The translations under genes were made by a program, and so were the position numbers. 25,501 nucleotides of DNA, taken from NCBI GenBank assembly GCA_009602725.1, contig WELB01000032.1, positions 228,762-254,262 on the forward strand. Direction: 5' to 3'. The DNA is from Spirogloea muscicola (Eukaryota). Positions 1 to 11,749 of this stretch are shown here, in pieces. Each line of letters begins with the position of its first letter. Within the stretch, counting starts at the first letter, position 1. The notes under the pieces are model-generated. The model worked only from the letters and a program-made list of their open reading frames with translations. It was not told the DNA's origin and ran no database searches.

Positions 1-1410
1 CACAGCCCGCAAGGATGAGAGCTTTGTGCTCAGCAGCACTTGCGCACCAACGTCGAGGGACACATCCTTTCGATGTTTGTCAGCATAAGCCTTCTACCGA
101 CTCTAGGCAAATTTGAAGAAATGCCGAGCTCGTCTCTGAGCCTTCAAGAGGTTCCCAGCAAAGACTACCGCGGCGGAAACTTTCTCCGGCTTCACCTGAG
201 CTCGGGGCTCGGGATGCTGACCATAGTTGAGGAAGAAGGGTGTCTCCTTTGTGGACGCATGAGAGGCATTGTTCACGGCATATTCAGCTGGAGCCAAACA
301 CTCATCCTAGTCAGTCTGGCTGGGATTGACGAAGTGCCGCAGCATGTCCTCGAGAACCCGCTTCATTCCCTCAAATTTGCCATCACTTTGTGGATCGAAG
401 GCTGTGGAGATGGCCTGCTTCGCGCCAATAAGCTTGCAAACTTCCTTCCAGAAGTTACCTGTAAAGCGAGGATTGCGGTCCAAGACCAGCCTCTCAGTTC
501 CCCATGCAGCTTCCACACAGTAATCGCAAAGTTGCCAGCAAAATCCATCGCTAATGCCCTCGTAGTCGTGGGAGCAGAATGCACCATTTTACTCAAGCGA
601 TCCACAAAGACGACAGTGGCATCAACGCCGTTCCGCGTCTAAGGCAATTGTGTGATAAAGTCCACACCTACATCAGACCAATTCTGCCTCGAAAATCTGC
701 AAGGGCTGAAGTATTCCGGCAGGCTTGCCAGAGATGGCCTTACTACGCTGCATGTGGCACAGCTTGCCACAAAAGCGCGCACCTGAGCTGAAAAGCCCTT
801 CCACCAAACGAGGCGTCGAACAGCCTTCTTGGTCTTGCTCACTCCCAAATGATCACTGCAAGACGTATCATGCAGCTCCTGCAGGATGTCAGTGCGCAAG
901 GCATTGCAGCCCGGGACCACAATAGCGTTAGCGTCGCCCTGCCACCAGAAGCCTTTGTCATCAGTGAGGGTGCTTACGTTGGCGGCTTAAGCAAACCAGC
1001 GGTCAGTGCTATACCCTTCACGGATACGGACGTAGAGCTCAGAGAGGTCAGCCGTGAGTTGCCGATAAGCTTGACGAGTCAGACGCAGGCCTGCAGCCCG
1101 CACTCCAGAAGCATTCAGGGTAGCCAACGCATCAGCGCCGCGGATGTTGCAACTCATAGGGTCCGCAATATGGAGGCGGCCAGGTCCATTGGCAACGACA
1201 TCGTGCCATACACTCAGCCCATCGAGCTTGTCGCCTAGTCAAATGCTGCAGTGTGTGAAAGTACGTCAACGGGCAATGATCCGTAACAACTGTAATCAAA
1301 CAACTTCCATGTGGCAACGCCAGACACGTAAGGCGTGCACCACAGCCAGCCATTCTTGCTCGCCCGGAGTGTAATTTCGCTCTGCAGGGTTCAGCAGGCA
1401 ACTCTCATAC
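1..1410 (-). pseudogene. pol: pol remnant: RNase H C-part, HHCC zinc finger and integrase core
   Basis: Translated pieces: YESCLLNPAERNYTPGEQEWLAVVHAL, VTDHCPLTYF, ELHDTSCSDHLGVSKT...CATC, WSDVGVDFITQLP, DRLSKMVH, DRNPRFTGNFW, PQSDG, NNASHASTKETPFFLNYG. Confidence 0.9.
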
Positions 1411-2151
1411 GGGGGACGCTTGCCACGCCCAATATCCGGCGGGCTGAGCACCTTCCTGGCGTGCTCCACCATCCTGGAAAAGTCGGTAATGATGTTGCGG
1501 AATCCACCGCAACCCACGTGCGCTTGTTGGGAGGCAGCCCAGCATCCGACATGCCGCTGAGCCATGCCTGGAGCCCACCCCGATCATCTTGACCGGTGAA
1601 TTGCCGTGGCGTGTGGGCCTTAGCACGTCCATGCGTAAGATTTCCACCGCTCTTGCGCACCAAGCGCACTGCGGCATTGACCTCTAGCATGCGCCGCTCT
1701 CCCGCCCGCCGCCGGACGAGGTGGGCGCGCTGCTCCCCGCGTATCCTCGCAAGGAGGCGGTACTGAGCTGGGTCCGTCGCAGACTGAACTGTGCGAGATC
1801 CTGCATGAGTGCCATGCGTTGCACCTCCCCAGCCGAAAGGCCCTCTTGGCCCGCGGGTCCGGGCTCGGCCTGCCCCTCTTGGGTGTGCCCCTCTCGGGCG
1901 TGCGTCTCTTGGGCGTCCCCCTCTCGGGGGTGCCCCTCTTGGGCGTGCCTTGCACTGGCGTGCCCCTCTCGGGCGTGCCCCTCTTAGGCGTGCCCCGCTC
2001 GGGCGTGCCCCTCTTGAGCGTGCCCCTCTTGGGCGTGCTTCGCAGCAGCCACTGCCTCGGCAGCTGGCCCTGCAGCAGCCGCTGCCTCAGCAGCCGACCG
2101 CTCTACCTCCCGAGGAGGGCTCGGCCGCGCCCTGGACGTGTGCAAATCCAT
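1411..2151 (-). pseudogene. gag: gag remnant with N-terminal pentapeptide repeat and central deletion
   Basis: MDLHTSRARPSPPREVERSAAEAAAA matches the gag start at 16128 (MESHTSSALPSPPREVEQSTAEAAAA). HGRAKAHTPRQFTGQDDRGGLQAWL matches the gags at ~16970-17040 and 12472-12560. Confidence 0.75.
1872..2036. repeat. Minisatellite, 11 x 15 bp (consensus GCCCCTCTYGGGCGT)
   Basis: Units counted directly from 1872 to 2036. Reads (HAQEG/HAREG)n in the minus-strand gag frame. Confidence 0.95.
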
Positions 2152-2403
2152 GCTGTCTGAAGGACACTGAGGGGTCAATTCAGGCTCCGACAGTCAGCAA
2201 ATCACACTCTCCATACTCCAATACAGGGCATCGCAAGACTGGTGCACCAGCGAGCGAGCAAGCAAGGCAGCGCGCGACTGCACACCTCAATTAGCAGGCA
2301 GGCAGACAGCCGCAGATATGACCAGGACTGATGCACTCGATCGATGCTGGCCACACAAGTAACCCTTACCACACAAAGGCTGCAGGCTCAAAGCACTCTT
2401 CTG

Positions 2404-2777
2404 CCCCGCAGCAGGGTGCGGTGGCGGCTGCGGTGGCGAGCAGCGGCAAGGCTGCTCCTGGGCTTCCCTGGTTCGAACTCTTGTCGAGCCTCAGCCAAAG
2501 GCCCTTCGTGCTTTCCCCGTGCCACCCCCCCTCCGGGGGTGTGAGCGGGTCGCCCCATGGCCTGCCTTGCGGTGGGCCAAAGATCCTCCCTTGAATGGGT
2601 GGATATTGAATGGGTAAATACTAGCGAGGGGTATTTCTGGACGGGCGGGGCCCGTACCTGGGCGGGCCACTTGCCCGGCCAGCCAGACCGCCACCTGGCG
2701 AGCCACTTGTCCCAAATGGCTGGTCATGTAAAGCCAACAGACCCTGTGTGGCTTAACCAAAAGGCTGTATCATTACA
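2404..2777 (-). repeat. LTR-B 5' part (5' LTR; 3' end and PBS deleted)
   Basis: Reverse complement aligns with 13711-14050 and begins TGTAA. Confidence 0.85.
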
Positions 2778-2940
2778 TGGCGCGCCTCCTCCTTGGCGCC
2801 AGTCACTGTTCTGCACGCCCAGTCTCTTCGACTCGCGCGCCGGCCTCTTGGCTGTAGTCCCTTGGACTCGTGCGACAAGCCTGGCCCTGTGCGCCAGCCT
2901 CTTGCTTTCATCTTGTCCCCTTGTCAGGCCCGCCCCTCCG

Positions 2941-3800
2941 TCCAAGTACACAAGTACAAAGTCCTTCAGGAGGGCACCAAAGTCGTCATCCATCACAGCC
3001 TGAATCTGAAGGTGCATTGCTCAAACCAAAGGTGAGCACCTTGAAGTGGAGATGCCCAAGTTGTGAACGAAAAGCCGACTTAGGACATTTTCAGGAGTGA
3101 TACGAATTTGGCTATAATCACTCTGCAAGTCAAGGGAGCTGAACATAGTAGCTCTAGCAAGACGATCAAAGAAATCACCAATGCAAGGGATAGGGTAACG
3201 GTTCTTTATGATGAGCAACGCCCCGCCCCGATCAAAGGGCAATCCGGTCGAAAGAAGATCAGAAACACATCCGAGTACTCGGCCAGCAACAGGACAAGAA
3301 CCGTATTATGTGAGGCCTCAGCACTCACATTAAAGTCAGAGGGAGACTTAATACTCATCGTCCCCACAGCAAGATAACTGCTAGCGCTGGTACTTTGTCA
3401 AGAAGCCTCTTCAGCTGTACAGCTGTCAGCACGTAGAGGAGTCTTTGAGTGATGACGGTACTCATCATTTCGTACAAATTGGCGTGACCACGGTGCAGAG
3501 TGCACGTAAGCCAATCAAAGTCCAAGAGGACTGACTCAACACAAAGCCAATCATCTTTCAGAATCATATCAGATACTGCAGCCCACTCGACTGCATAACA
3601 TGACACCCGAGTCCTGTGATTTGAATGTGAATTGGAAATGAGCAGATGCCCAATACAGAAGCCTGCTGGCCAGTGGCCACCATCGCTTGAAAGACCTCAA
3701 TGGGTCAGATAACCAAGCCATGATAACACGCAAAGTCGTTAACCACACAGGAGACTGTTGCTCCTGAATCTATCAAGTACCGAGCAGGCTGACGAGGCGC
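2941..3800 (-). pseudogene. pol: Gypsy protease-RT fragment, cut at the YLDD motif
   Basis: RYLIDSGATVS (aspartic protease site, ~3755-3780), [37 protein letters not shown] followed by unrelated sequence. Confidence 0.85.
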
Positions 3801-3849
3801 TGTGAAACGTTCTGATCCCTAAACAGACAGTCAGGGGTTAGAACGTCCT
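3801..3849 (-). repeat. 49-bp remnant of an LTR-A 3' end
   Basis: Reverse complement AGGACGTTCTAACCCCTGACTGTCTGTTTAGGGATCAGAACGTTTCACA nearly matches 7932-7978. Confidence 0.8.
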
Positions 3850-6800
3850 GAGGGCCCCCCAGCAGCACCCGCTGTTTGGAACTCTTTCGGCCAATTTAAT
3901 CCCTGCGGTGCCTACGTATGAAGCCACGTGAATCGGGTATGGACGAGACCCTGTGTGGCTCTGTGTCCTGCTCGAGTGGTCTGTATGTAAGCCCGTAGGC
4001 TGAGAGGTGAAGATTGCGCCATTGGCCATATATGTGCCTGAGTATCTCTGTGCACTCGAGGTGTAAGCTGCCGGCATATAATGCCTTCAGCTGGCTAGTG
4101 CATTTGGTGTACTCTGGGCGAGTGCTAGTCTCCGCCTTTGATGTCAAAGGTTTGGCTTGTATTGGATTGCTTTGGAACAGCACCCTATCACCCTGAGCCG
4201 AAAAGCTATATTTGAAGACGTAATCTCACATGGATCCAGCTTTGGCTGTCTATCTTATCTATCTCATTGCGATGATGCGCACAGAGTCTCCCCCTGACTT
4301 TGCTGTGAGTGTTGTATTCTCACATGGTGTGGCTCTTGACATATTGTCGTACGGTGCACCCATCCTCTTCATTGCGAAGAAGGCTGGAGTCTTCGGATGT
4401 GCATCAAGTATTAGCTCGACACAAGCTCACTGTCAAGATAACAGACTTCTTGCTTAGCATCGATGATCTGTGAAGTCGTCTTGCGGGAGCTCATGTGTAT
4501 GGCTCCCCCGCTTTTGCGAAGTGGTGGTGATCATTTCGTCTCACACCTAAGAAAGTCCCGTAGATGGCTTGTGATAGGCCGCTCGGCTACTTCCAATGCA
4601 AGATGCTCCGTTTGGTTTCACCAAAGCACTTGCCACGTGTCAGCTTGTGATGATGAAAGTCTCTGTCCTTACTGTGTCACTCTGTGCTGGTTCTTGATTG
4701 TCAAACTGGCGCTCTGTAAATCACCTGAGGATCACGTACTGCACCTGCAGCAGGCTCTGCAATTGCTGCGTGCAAATCAACTATATGCCAAGAATGTGTA
4801 TGACTGGCCGGAACATCCAAAGGGCATGTTGTGAACAAAGACGGCTTTTGCGTGAACCCCACCGAGTAGTATTGGACTGTAGTAGTAAGTGTGCCACGGA
4901 GTGTGCCACAGTTGCGTCCCTTCTTGGGATTTGCAAACTACTTCCGTAAGTTCCCGTAAGGATACGGAAGTACGGCATCTCCTCTGATGAAGCTCACTCG
5001 TAAGGACGTCAGCTGGGTGTGGACGTCCAAATGCCAGAGAGCATTTGAGGATATGAAAACGGGTCCTGGTGCATCCATCCGTTTTGGCCTTGCCTCGAGA
5101 AGGCGTGCCGTGTACATACATTGTAAATACTGTTTACCCAGTAGCGTACATACCAGAAGAGTAGGTGATTTGTGCAGGTTGTTGGCAGAGGGGCACATGT
5201 GCTTGGAGCTGCCTTGTCCACATTGCTTTACTTGAAGTAGTGACGCCTCTTTGATCGGCACTGGTGCCGTTCTCTTGCAGGAGGGTCACCCCGTAGCATT
5301 TGAAGGTAGCCTGCTTTGTCCTGCAGAGCGTCACTTCGCTACGGGAGAGCAAGAGCTCCTTGCTGTTGTGCACGCCATCCGCGTGTGGCGATGCAATCTC
5401 GTGGGTGTTGAATTAACGGTTGTATCGGGTCATTGCCAGTTGAACTACTTTGACACACAACAGCAATGGAGCTGGCGTCAAGCACCGTGAGCTGAGTGTA
5501 TGGCCACATTCCCTTTCCAGGAATTGTACTGCTCTGGAAGAACATGTCACGAATTCGGTGAGCCGCAACATTGCAGGGGCTGCTGTGGCGGCTGTCTTGC
5601 ATGCTTCAAGGGGTCAGACCGCAGACGTGCGGCCTACTCGTGGAGATGCTCGACAGTCCACCGCCAACCTCTGTGGGCTGTATGTGCGTATTCATGATGG
5701 GTGTGGCACAGACCTATCGTGTGCAGATAAAACCAATACACGCAGATTAGTAAATGACCCAGGATTTTGGTGGCGAGGTGACGCCATTGTAGTCCCTGAC
5801 TGCAATGCCTTGCGCAGCAGTATCTTGCACGAACTGTCCAGCTTCTCTTTTGGTGGCCGGACTTGAAAGTCCAAGTGGAGTCTTTGGTGAAGACTTGTGC
5901 CACCTGCCAGCGCAGTAAGGCACGAGCGTTCTCATAAGCCTGCCGGGTTGCTCCAACCGTTTGAGATTCCTCCGAGGAACTGGTCTGATATAAGTGTGGA
6001 CTTTACCATTCAGTTGCCGACGACGCGGAATGGCCATGAAGCCATTGTCGTATTTGTGAATCGTCTGAGTAAAATGGCGCATTTTGTGCCTACGACCACA
6101 AAGGTGCCAGCCGTAAAGTTTGCTGGTATATTCGTGGACCGAGTATGGAAACTGCACGGAGTCCCCGAGAGGATCGTGTCTGACAGCGACCCTCGCTTTA
6201 CGGGGCACTTCTGAGAAGAAGTGTGCAGGCTGATTGGCACCAAGCAATCCATGTCCACGGCTTTCCCCAGACAGATGGTCAGACGGAACGCGGAAAGAAT
6301 GAATCGGGTGTTGGAAGACATGTTACGTAAATTTTGTAAACCCCGGCCAAAGTGACTGGGGATCAGTATCTTGCTCCAGCAGAGCACGCCGTGAACATTG
6401 CCTTCCACGAGTCAACTAAGAATACACCCTTCTTTCTTAATCACGGTCAGCATCCCCCGAGCACCTTTAAAGGTGGGGAAACCGGGTCGTGTGCCGGCCA
6501 CTATAATTTCTATCGACAACCTCCTGGAAGCTCAGCGGATGTGTTCCGGCCGCAATTATTACTACCGGCAACCTCCTGGAAGCTCAGCGGAGGGCTAGGC
6601 AATGCTTGGAGAGTGCCCGGCGACGGCAAAAGCAGTATGCTGATCGACGTCGTCGCGATATATCCTTCGACGTGGGTGCTCAAGTGCTACTAAGCACAAA
6701 GCATCTCTCCATGCGGGCTGTCGGTACGCCTAAGTTGCTACCAAAGTGGGTTGGCCCTTTTCGTGTATTGCGCTTGGTCGGCAAAGTTGCGTATGAGCTG

Positions 6801-7040
6801 GATACCTCGGTACAATGGAAAATCCACAGAGTATTCCATGTGTCCCAGCTCGAATCATTGCATACGCATGGTCGTGTCCAACCACCCCCACTATCCCTTG
6901 TCGTTGAGGAAGGGTTTGAGGTGGAGGAGATCTTGTCTCACAGCGACAAATTCCGTGGGCGACGTAAGTCCCGAGAGACTTGTATAGTGGATAGGCTATG
7001 GACCTAAACACAATACGTGGGAACCTTCGGGCCATTTTGC
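3850..7040 (+). pseudogene. pol: pol pseudogene with C-terminal chromodomain; the 5' limit is approximate
   Basis: YGAPILF, HVLHLQQALQLLRANQLYAK, DASLIGTGAVLLQEGHPVAF, GLLQPFEIPPRNWSDISVDF, IVSDSDPRFTGHF, KLLPKWVGPF, IHRVFHVSQL, FEVEEILSH. Confidence 0.9.
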
Positions 7041-7171
7041 CCACTGCCCGTCCGTGCTCCGTATCTTGCAAAGAAGCAACTCCCTCCTTTGCGTCGTACT
7101 CCTAAACCCGTCAAAAGTAATGTATACTCCCCTTCAGTGCGGCGTACTTGTTCTCGAGGACGTGAACATCT

Positions 7172-7184
7172 AAGTGGGAAGGAA
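7172..7184 (+). promoter_or_regulatory. Polypurine tract (plus-strand primer)
   Basis: AAGTGGGAAGGAA abuts TGTAAC at 7185. It is preceded by TGTTC-TCGAGGACGT-GAACA, a motif repeated before the PPT at 18415. Confidence 0.85.
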
Positions 7185-7978
7185 TGTAACGTCCCCACCC
7201 GTAACGTGAAGTTTAAACTTGGATTGAACGCTGATGCGTAGTAACGGCGCGCGGCCCCAGTGTCGTTGGCGAGCGACACGTGGGCGACGTACGACAGTGA
7301 CGTGCGGCGCGCCGCGGCTCGCCGGAGCTGCCGCCGCATGGCCGCCGGCCCGCCAGGCGGCATGNCCGCCGGGCGGCATGGCCGCCGGGCCGCTGGGCCC
7401 GTTGTGACATGCCTGTGACGCGTGTGGCGCTGTGACGCGCCTAGCAGCGCTGCGCCGCGCAGCCGCGCAAGGCCGCGCCGCCGCCCTCACGGTCGTATCC
7501 CCCTTGTCGAGCCCGCCTTCTCGAAGGTGAGCCTTGAGGCGAGCCTCCCAGAGACCCCGGGGGAGGGTGGCACATGAAGCACCATAAGTAGGGCTAAGAC
7601 CAGCCTTAGGGCACCCGGTCGAAGTCAGCGAAGCCCACGCGAGAGAGAGGCGCTCAGCCCTGCTGCCGCCTGCTGCCGCAGCTCGTCCACGCAGGCCTGC
7701 TGCTGCCTGCTGCTGCAGCCCGACGCCGCAACCCGTCCCTGCGGATCTTCATATCGGCTCTCCTGAAGGTGAACTGTGGCTAATCCCTATGGGGACAGTT
7801 GCTGGCCCGTACTGAGAGGTGAGTCGCCGCCTGTCGGCGGCGCCTCAGGGCAAAGTATTCCGCTGCGTGTGAACGTGGTGCTTCTATGTGCTAGGGGTTT
7901 CGTCTCAAAACCCCAGCGACCGAGTACAATAAGGACGTTCTAACCCCTGACTGTCAGTATAGGGATCAGAACGTCACA
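7185..7978 (+). repeat. LTR-A (3' LTR, 794 bp)
   Basis: Termini TGTAACGT...ACGTCACA. Similar to 10372-11158 and 14419-15781. Confidence 0.9.
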
Positions 7979-10900
7979 GCGAGGGTCGCGGTCAGACACG
8001 ATCCGCTTGGGGACTCCGTGCAGCTTCCATACTCGGTCCACAAATATGCCAGCAAATTCCTTGGCTGACACCTTTGTGGTCGTAGGCACAAGATGCGCCA
8101 TTCTACTCAGGATCCACAAATACGACAATGGCGTCATAGCCGTTCCGCGTCATCGGCAACTAGGTGATTGCATCTACACTTACGTCAGACCAGTTCCTCG
8201 GAGGAATCTCCAATGGTTGGAGCAACCCGGCAGGCTGATGAGAGCGTGCCTTACTGCGCTGGCAGGTGGCACAAGTCTTCACCAAAGACTCCACTTGGAA
8301 TTTCAAGTCCGGCCACCAAAAGAGAAGCTGGACAGCTTTCTTTGTCTTTCCCATACGCAAATGACCACTTTACGGAGGCTCATGCAGTTCTTGCAAGATA
8401 CTGCTGCGCAAGGCATTGCAGTCAGGAACTACAATGGCGTCACGTCGCCATCATATAAGCCTTGGTCATTTACTAGTGTGCGTGTATTGGTTTCATCTGC
8501 AAACCATGGGTCTGTGCCATACCCATCACAAATGGGTTCGTGCAGCTCAGAGAGGTTGGCGGTGGACTGCCGAGCATCTTCACGAGTAGGCTGCACGTCT
8601 GCGGTCTGACCCTTGAAGCTTGCAAGACAGCCGCCACAGCAGCCCCTGCAATGTTGCGGCTCATCGGGTCCGCAACATTTATTCTTCCAGGGCGGTACAA
8701 TCACTGGAAACGGAATTGTGCTATGCACTCAGCCCACCGGGCTTGACGCCTAATTTATTGCTGTTGTGAGTGAAAGTAGGTCAACGGATAGTGGTCCGTT
8801 AAAAGCGTATAGTCAACACCCTCGAGATAGCATTGCCACACACATAGGGCGTGCACAACAGCAAGGACCTCTTGCTCCCCCGTAGTGTAGTTACGCTCTG
8901 CAGGACGAAGCAGGCGGCTTTCCAATGCTACGGGGTGACCCTCCTGTAAGAGAATGCCGATCAAAGAGGCGTCACATACTACTTCAAATGGCACGCCTTC
9001 TCGAGGCAAGGCCAATACGGGTGGGTGCACCAGGCCCCGTCTGATATCCTCGACTGTTTTCTTGCATCCAGACGTCCACACCCAGCTGGCGTTCTTACAA
9101 GTGAGCTTCGTAAGAGGAGATGCCATACGTCCGTATCCTTGTAGGAACTTGCGGAAGTAATTTGCCAATCCAAGGAGGAACGCAACCGTGGCACATTCCG
9201 TGGCACTGGCCAGTCCTATACTACTGCAGTCTTTTTGGGGTCGACGCGTACCCCGTCTTTGCCCACAACATGCCCTAAGTATGTCAGGTCAGGCTGGTTA
9301 AATACACATTTGTATATCTTGGCATACAACTGGTTTGCACGCAGTAACTGCAGCACCTGCCGCAGGTGTCGTACGTGCTCCTCAGGCATTTTAATAAATA
9401 CCAGTATGTCATCCAAATAGACCAGCACAAAGTCCTACAGTAGGGGGCCGAAGACTTTCGTCATCACTGTCTGAAATGTGGCAGGTGCATTGGTTAGACC
9501 AAAGCTGAGAACCTTAAACTGGAAATGACCGAGCGGCGTGCGGAATGGCGACTTCGGGAAGTCCTCAGGGGTGATACGAATTTGATATTGACCGCTTTGC
9601 AAGTCGAGAGAGCTGAACACATTAGCTACCGCTAGACGATCGAACAGGTCGTCAATCTGAGGCAAAGGATACCGATTCTTGACAGTTAGCTTGTTCAGGG
9701 CTCGATGATCGATGCACATTCGAAGACTACCGTCCTTTTTCTTCACGAAGAGGATTGGTGCAACGTATGGCGACTGGGAAAGCTCTATGTGCCCTTTCCG
9801 TAGCAGTTCCTCCACTTGGGACTGCATCTCCCAAAATTCGAGAGGACTCAGTCGATACATCAGACGGTACGGCGGCAAAGCGCCAGGCTCCGATGGAGTT
9901 GTATAAGCCATGCCTCGGTCAGGAAACAAACCGTCTGGAAGAGCATCGGGAAATACATCCGAGAATTCCGCCAAGAAACTGTCAAGAGTCGCACCATGTG
10001 AGGCCACATTACTTACTACTACTGAGTCAGGGGGAGGACTCATCTTTCATCACCATTAGCAGATACACAGCCGAGTTGGGTTCTGCGTGCCGGACCCTCT
10101 TAAACTGCACAGACGACAGCTGAATAGAGGATTCTGTCACAGGTGATGATACAAGGGAACGTCTTTGTGCAGTACAAAGCAACGAGCACCCTGTCGGCAC
10201 GAGCAAGTCCGCGTTCCAAAATCGAGGAGGGCCGCGGTAGCACATAACCAGTCATCGCCCAGTATCACATCAAAGCCCAGTGCCAACTCAATGACATGGC
10301 AGGACACAACCGTCTTATAATTCTGAACGTGTAGAGGGACTTTACACAGGTCTTTAATTTGGCACTGTCCATGTAACGGCCCTGACCCTTAACAGCACAG
10401 TCAGGGGTCAGTACGTCCTTTTTGGTTTCGGTCGCTGGGGTTTAGAGACAAACCCCCAACACAGTGAAGCACCACGTGTAACACGCAGCGGAAGTCTCGC
10501 CCTGAGGCGCTGCCGACAGGCAGCGACTCACCTCACAGGTACGGGCCAGCGACTGTCCCCAAAGGAGCAGTCACAGTCTTACTCACAGAGAGCCGTCGAA
10601 AGTCCGCGACGACAGGATGCGGCGACGGGCTGCAGCAGCAGGCGGCAGCAGGGCTGCGCCTCTCTCTCGCGGGCTTCACTGAGATTGACCGAGTTCCCTC
10701 TGAGTCCGCTCTCAGCCCTACTTATAGTGCTTCACGTGCCACCCTCCCCAGGGGTCTCTGGGACAGACAGACATCTCAGGGCCCACCTTCAGAAGGCGGG
10801 CCCGATACGGGGAATCTAGTGCGAGGGCAGACCACGCCGCTCCCTTCTGGAGGCGGCGGCCGCCCTGCGGCGCCGCCTCGCGGCGGCGCCTTGCGGCGCC

Positions 10901-11330
10901 GGCTTGCGGCGCCGCCAGTGATTCACGGGTGTCGCGCGGCATCACAGGCGCGCGACACGTGTCCCATACACGTCATTACGGGCTCGACGGCAGACTCAGG
11001 AATATGCCGAGAAGCTCCGCTCTGGAAGACCAGGTTCGCCGCCTCGGCTGGAGGCGGCGCGCCTGCACGTCACATCGTCAGCAGGCGCGTCACACCGCGC
11101 GACACCTCGCGCGATGCTTAACTCGAAGTTCAGCGTCCCGTAACGGCGGTGACGTTAAGTCCAGTTGCCAATGTAGCTTGCGAAATACCAGTCGGTTTCA
11201 CAATAAACCCATTGTCGCTCACAAGATTCTTACTAACACAGGAGACTGAGGCTCCCGTATACATAAGGATCTGGGCTGGCTGATTAGCCACCAGTCCTGA
11301 GAACAACATAGTTGGCGCGTCAGCGCTGAG
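7979..11330 (-). pseudogene. pol: pol (PR, RT, RNase H, integrase N-half), interrupted by a solo LTR
   Basis: ILMYTGASVS (protease DTG mutated to YTG), [90 protein letters not shown]. Confidence 0.95.
10372..11158 (-). mobile_element. Solo LTR-A inserted in the protease region
   Basis: TSD GTCCA at 10367-10371 and 11159-11163. The protease sequence continues across it. One base is missing from the 5' terminus (GACGTTAA instead of GACGTTACA on +). Confidence 0.92.
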
Positions 11331-11749
11331 TGCCGAGGCATTTACTACCGTAAGAATTTATTTACGAGCTACATGTACGAGCAGTTTAGGAGGTCTCGTC
11401 CTCCTAAACATCCTCCCACGTACTTCACGTGGAGTTGGCCCGCCTTCCAGCGACACAAGAAGGCCAGCCCCTTTGGAGGTAGAGATTTCACTCCGCGACT
11501 GCACGGCACAATAAAGAAGACCGATTCTTTAGTGCCGTGTTGACTGCTCAAGTACATGCCTGCCGCTTCCTGCAGCTGATTAGAAGGAAGCCATACCACA
11601 AGGGGGCCTTCGTTCACCGGCGCTCGCATAAGCACATGCACAGAGTGCACTACTGGCACAACAGACTTTGGACATACTCGTCCTATCAAATCAAACAGCA
11701 TTTTCACACCACGCTGCTGGATCACACATAAGGGAGATAAGGAAGGGTA

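Larger units (their letters stand above)
1..2777 (-). mobile_element. Internally deleted Ty3/Gypsy (chromovirus-type) LTR retrotransposon, LTR-B family; 3' part runs off the window
   Basis: Minus-strand order is LTR-B start (TGTAATGATACAGCC at 2777), 5' UTR (2150-2395, homologous to 15885-16130), gag (ATG 2151), RNase H, integrase. Many stops and frameshifts. Confidence 0.85.
3850..7978 (+). mobile_element. 5'-truncated chromovirus Gypsy element (degenerate PR-RT-RH-INT-chromodomain, PPT, 3' LTR-A)
   Basis: Gypsy domain order on the + strand, ending in a PPT and a TG...CA LTR. Confidence 0.9.

Noticed and set aside
40..642. 200-aa plus-strand ORF and similar long ORFs (8007-8609, 5747-6247)
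   Set aside because: They are antisense shadows of integrase sequence with no independent motifs.
1872..2036. CRISPR-like array
   Set aside because: Units are contiguous 15-mers with no unique spacers, there are no cas genes, and the context is a eukaryotic gag.
6490..6592. ~50-bp tandem duplication (CAACCTCCTGGAAGCTCAGCGGA twice)
   Set aside because: Real, but an ordinary local duplication in a dead integrase.
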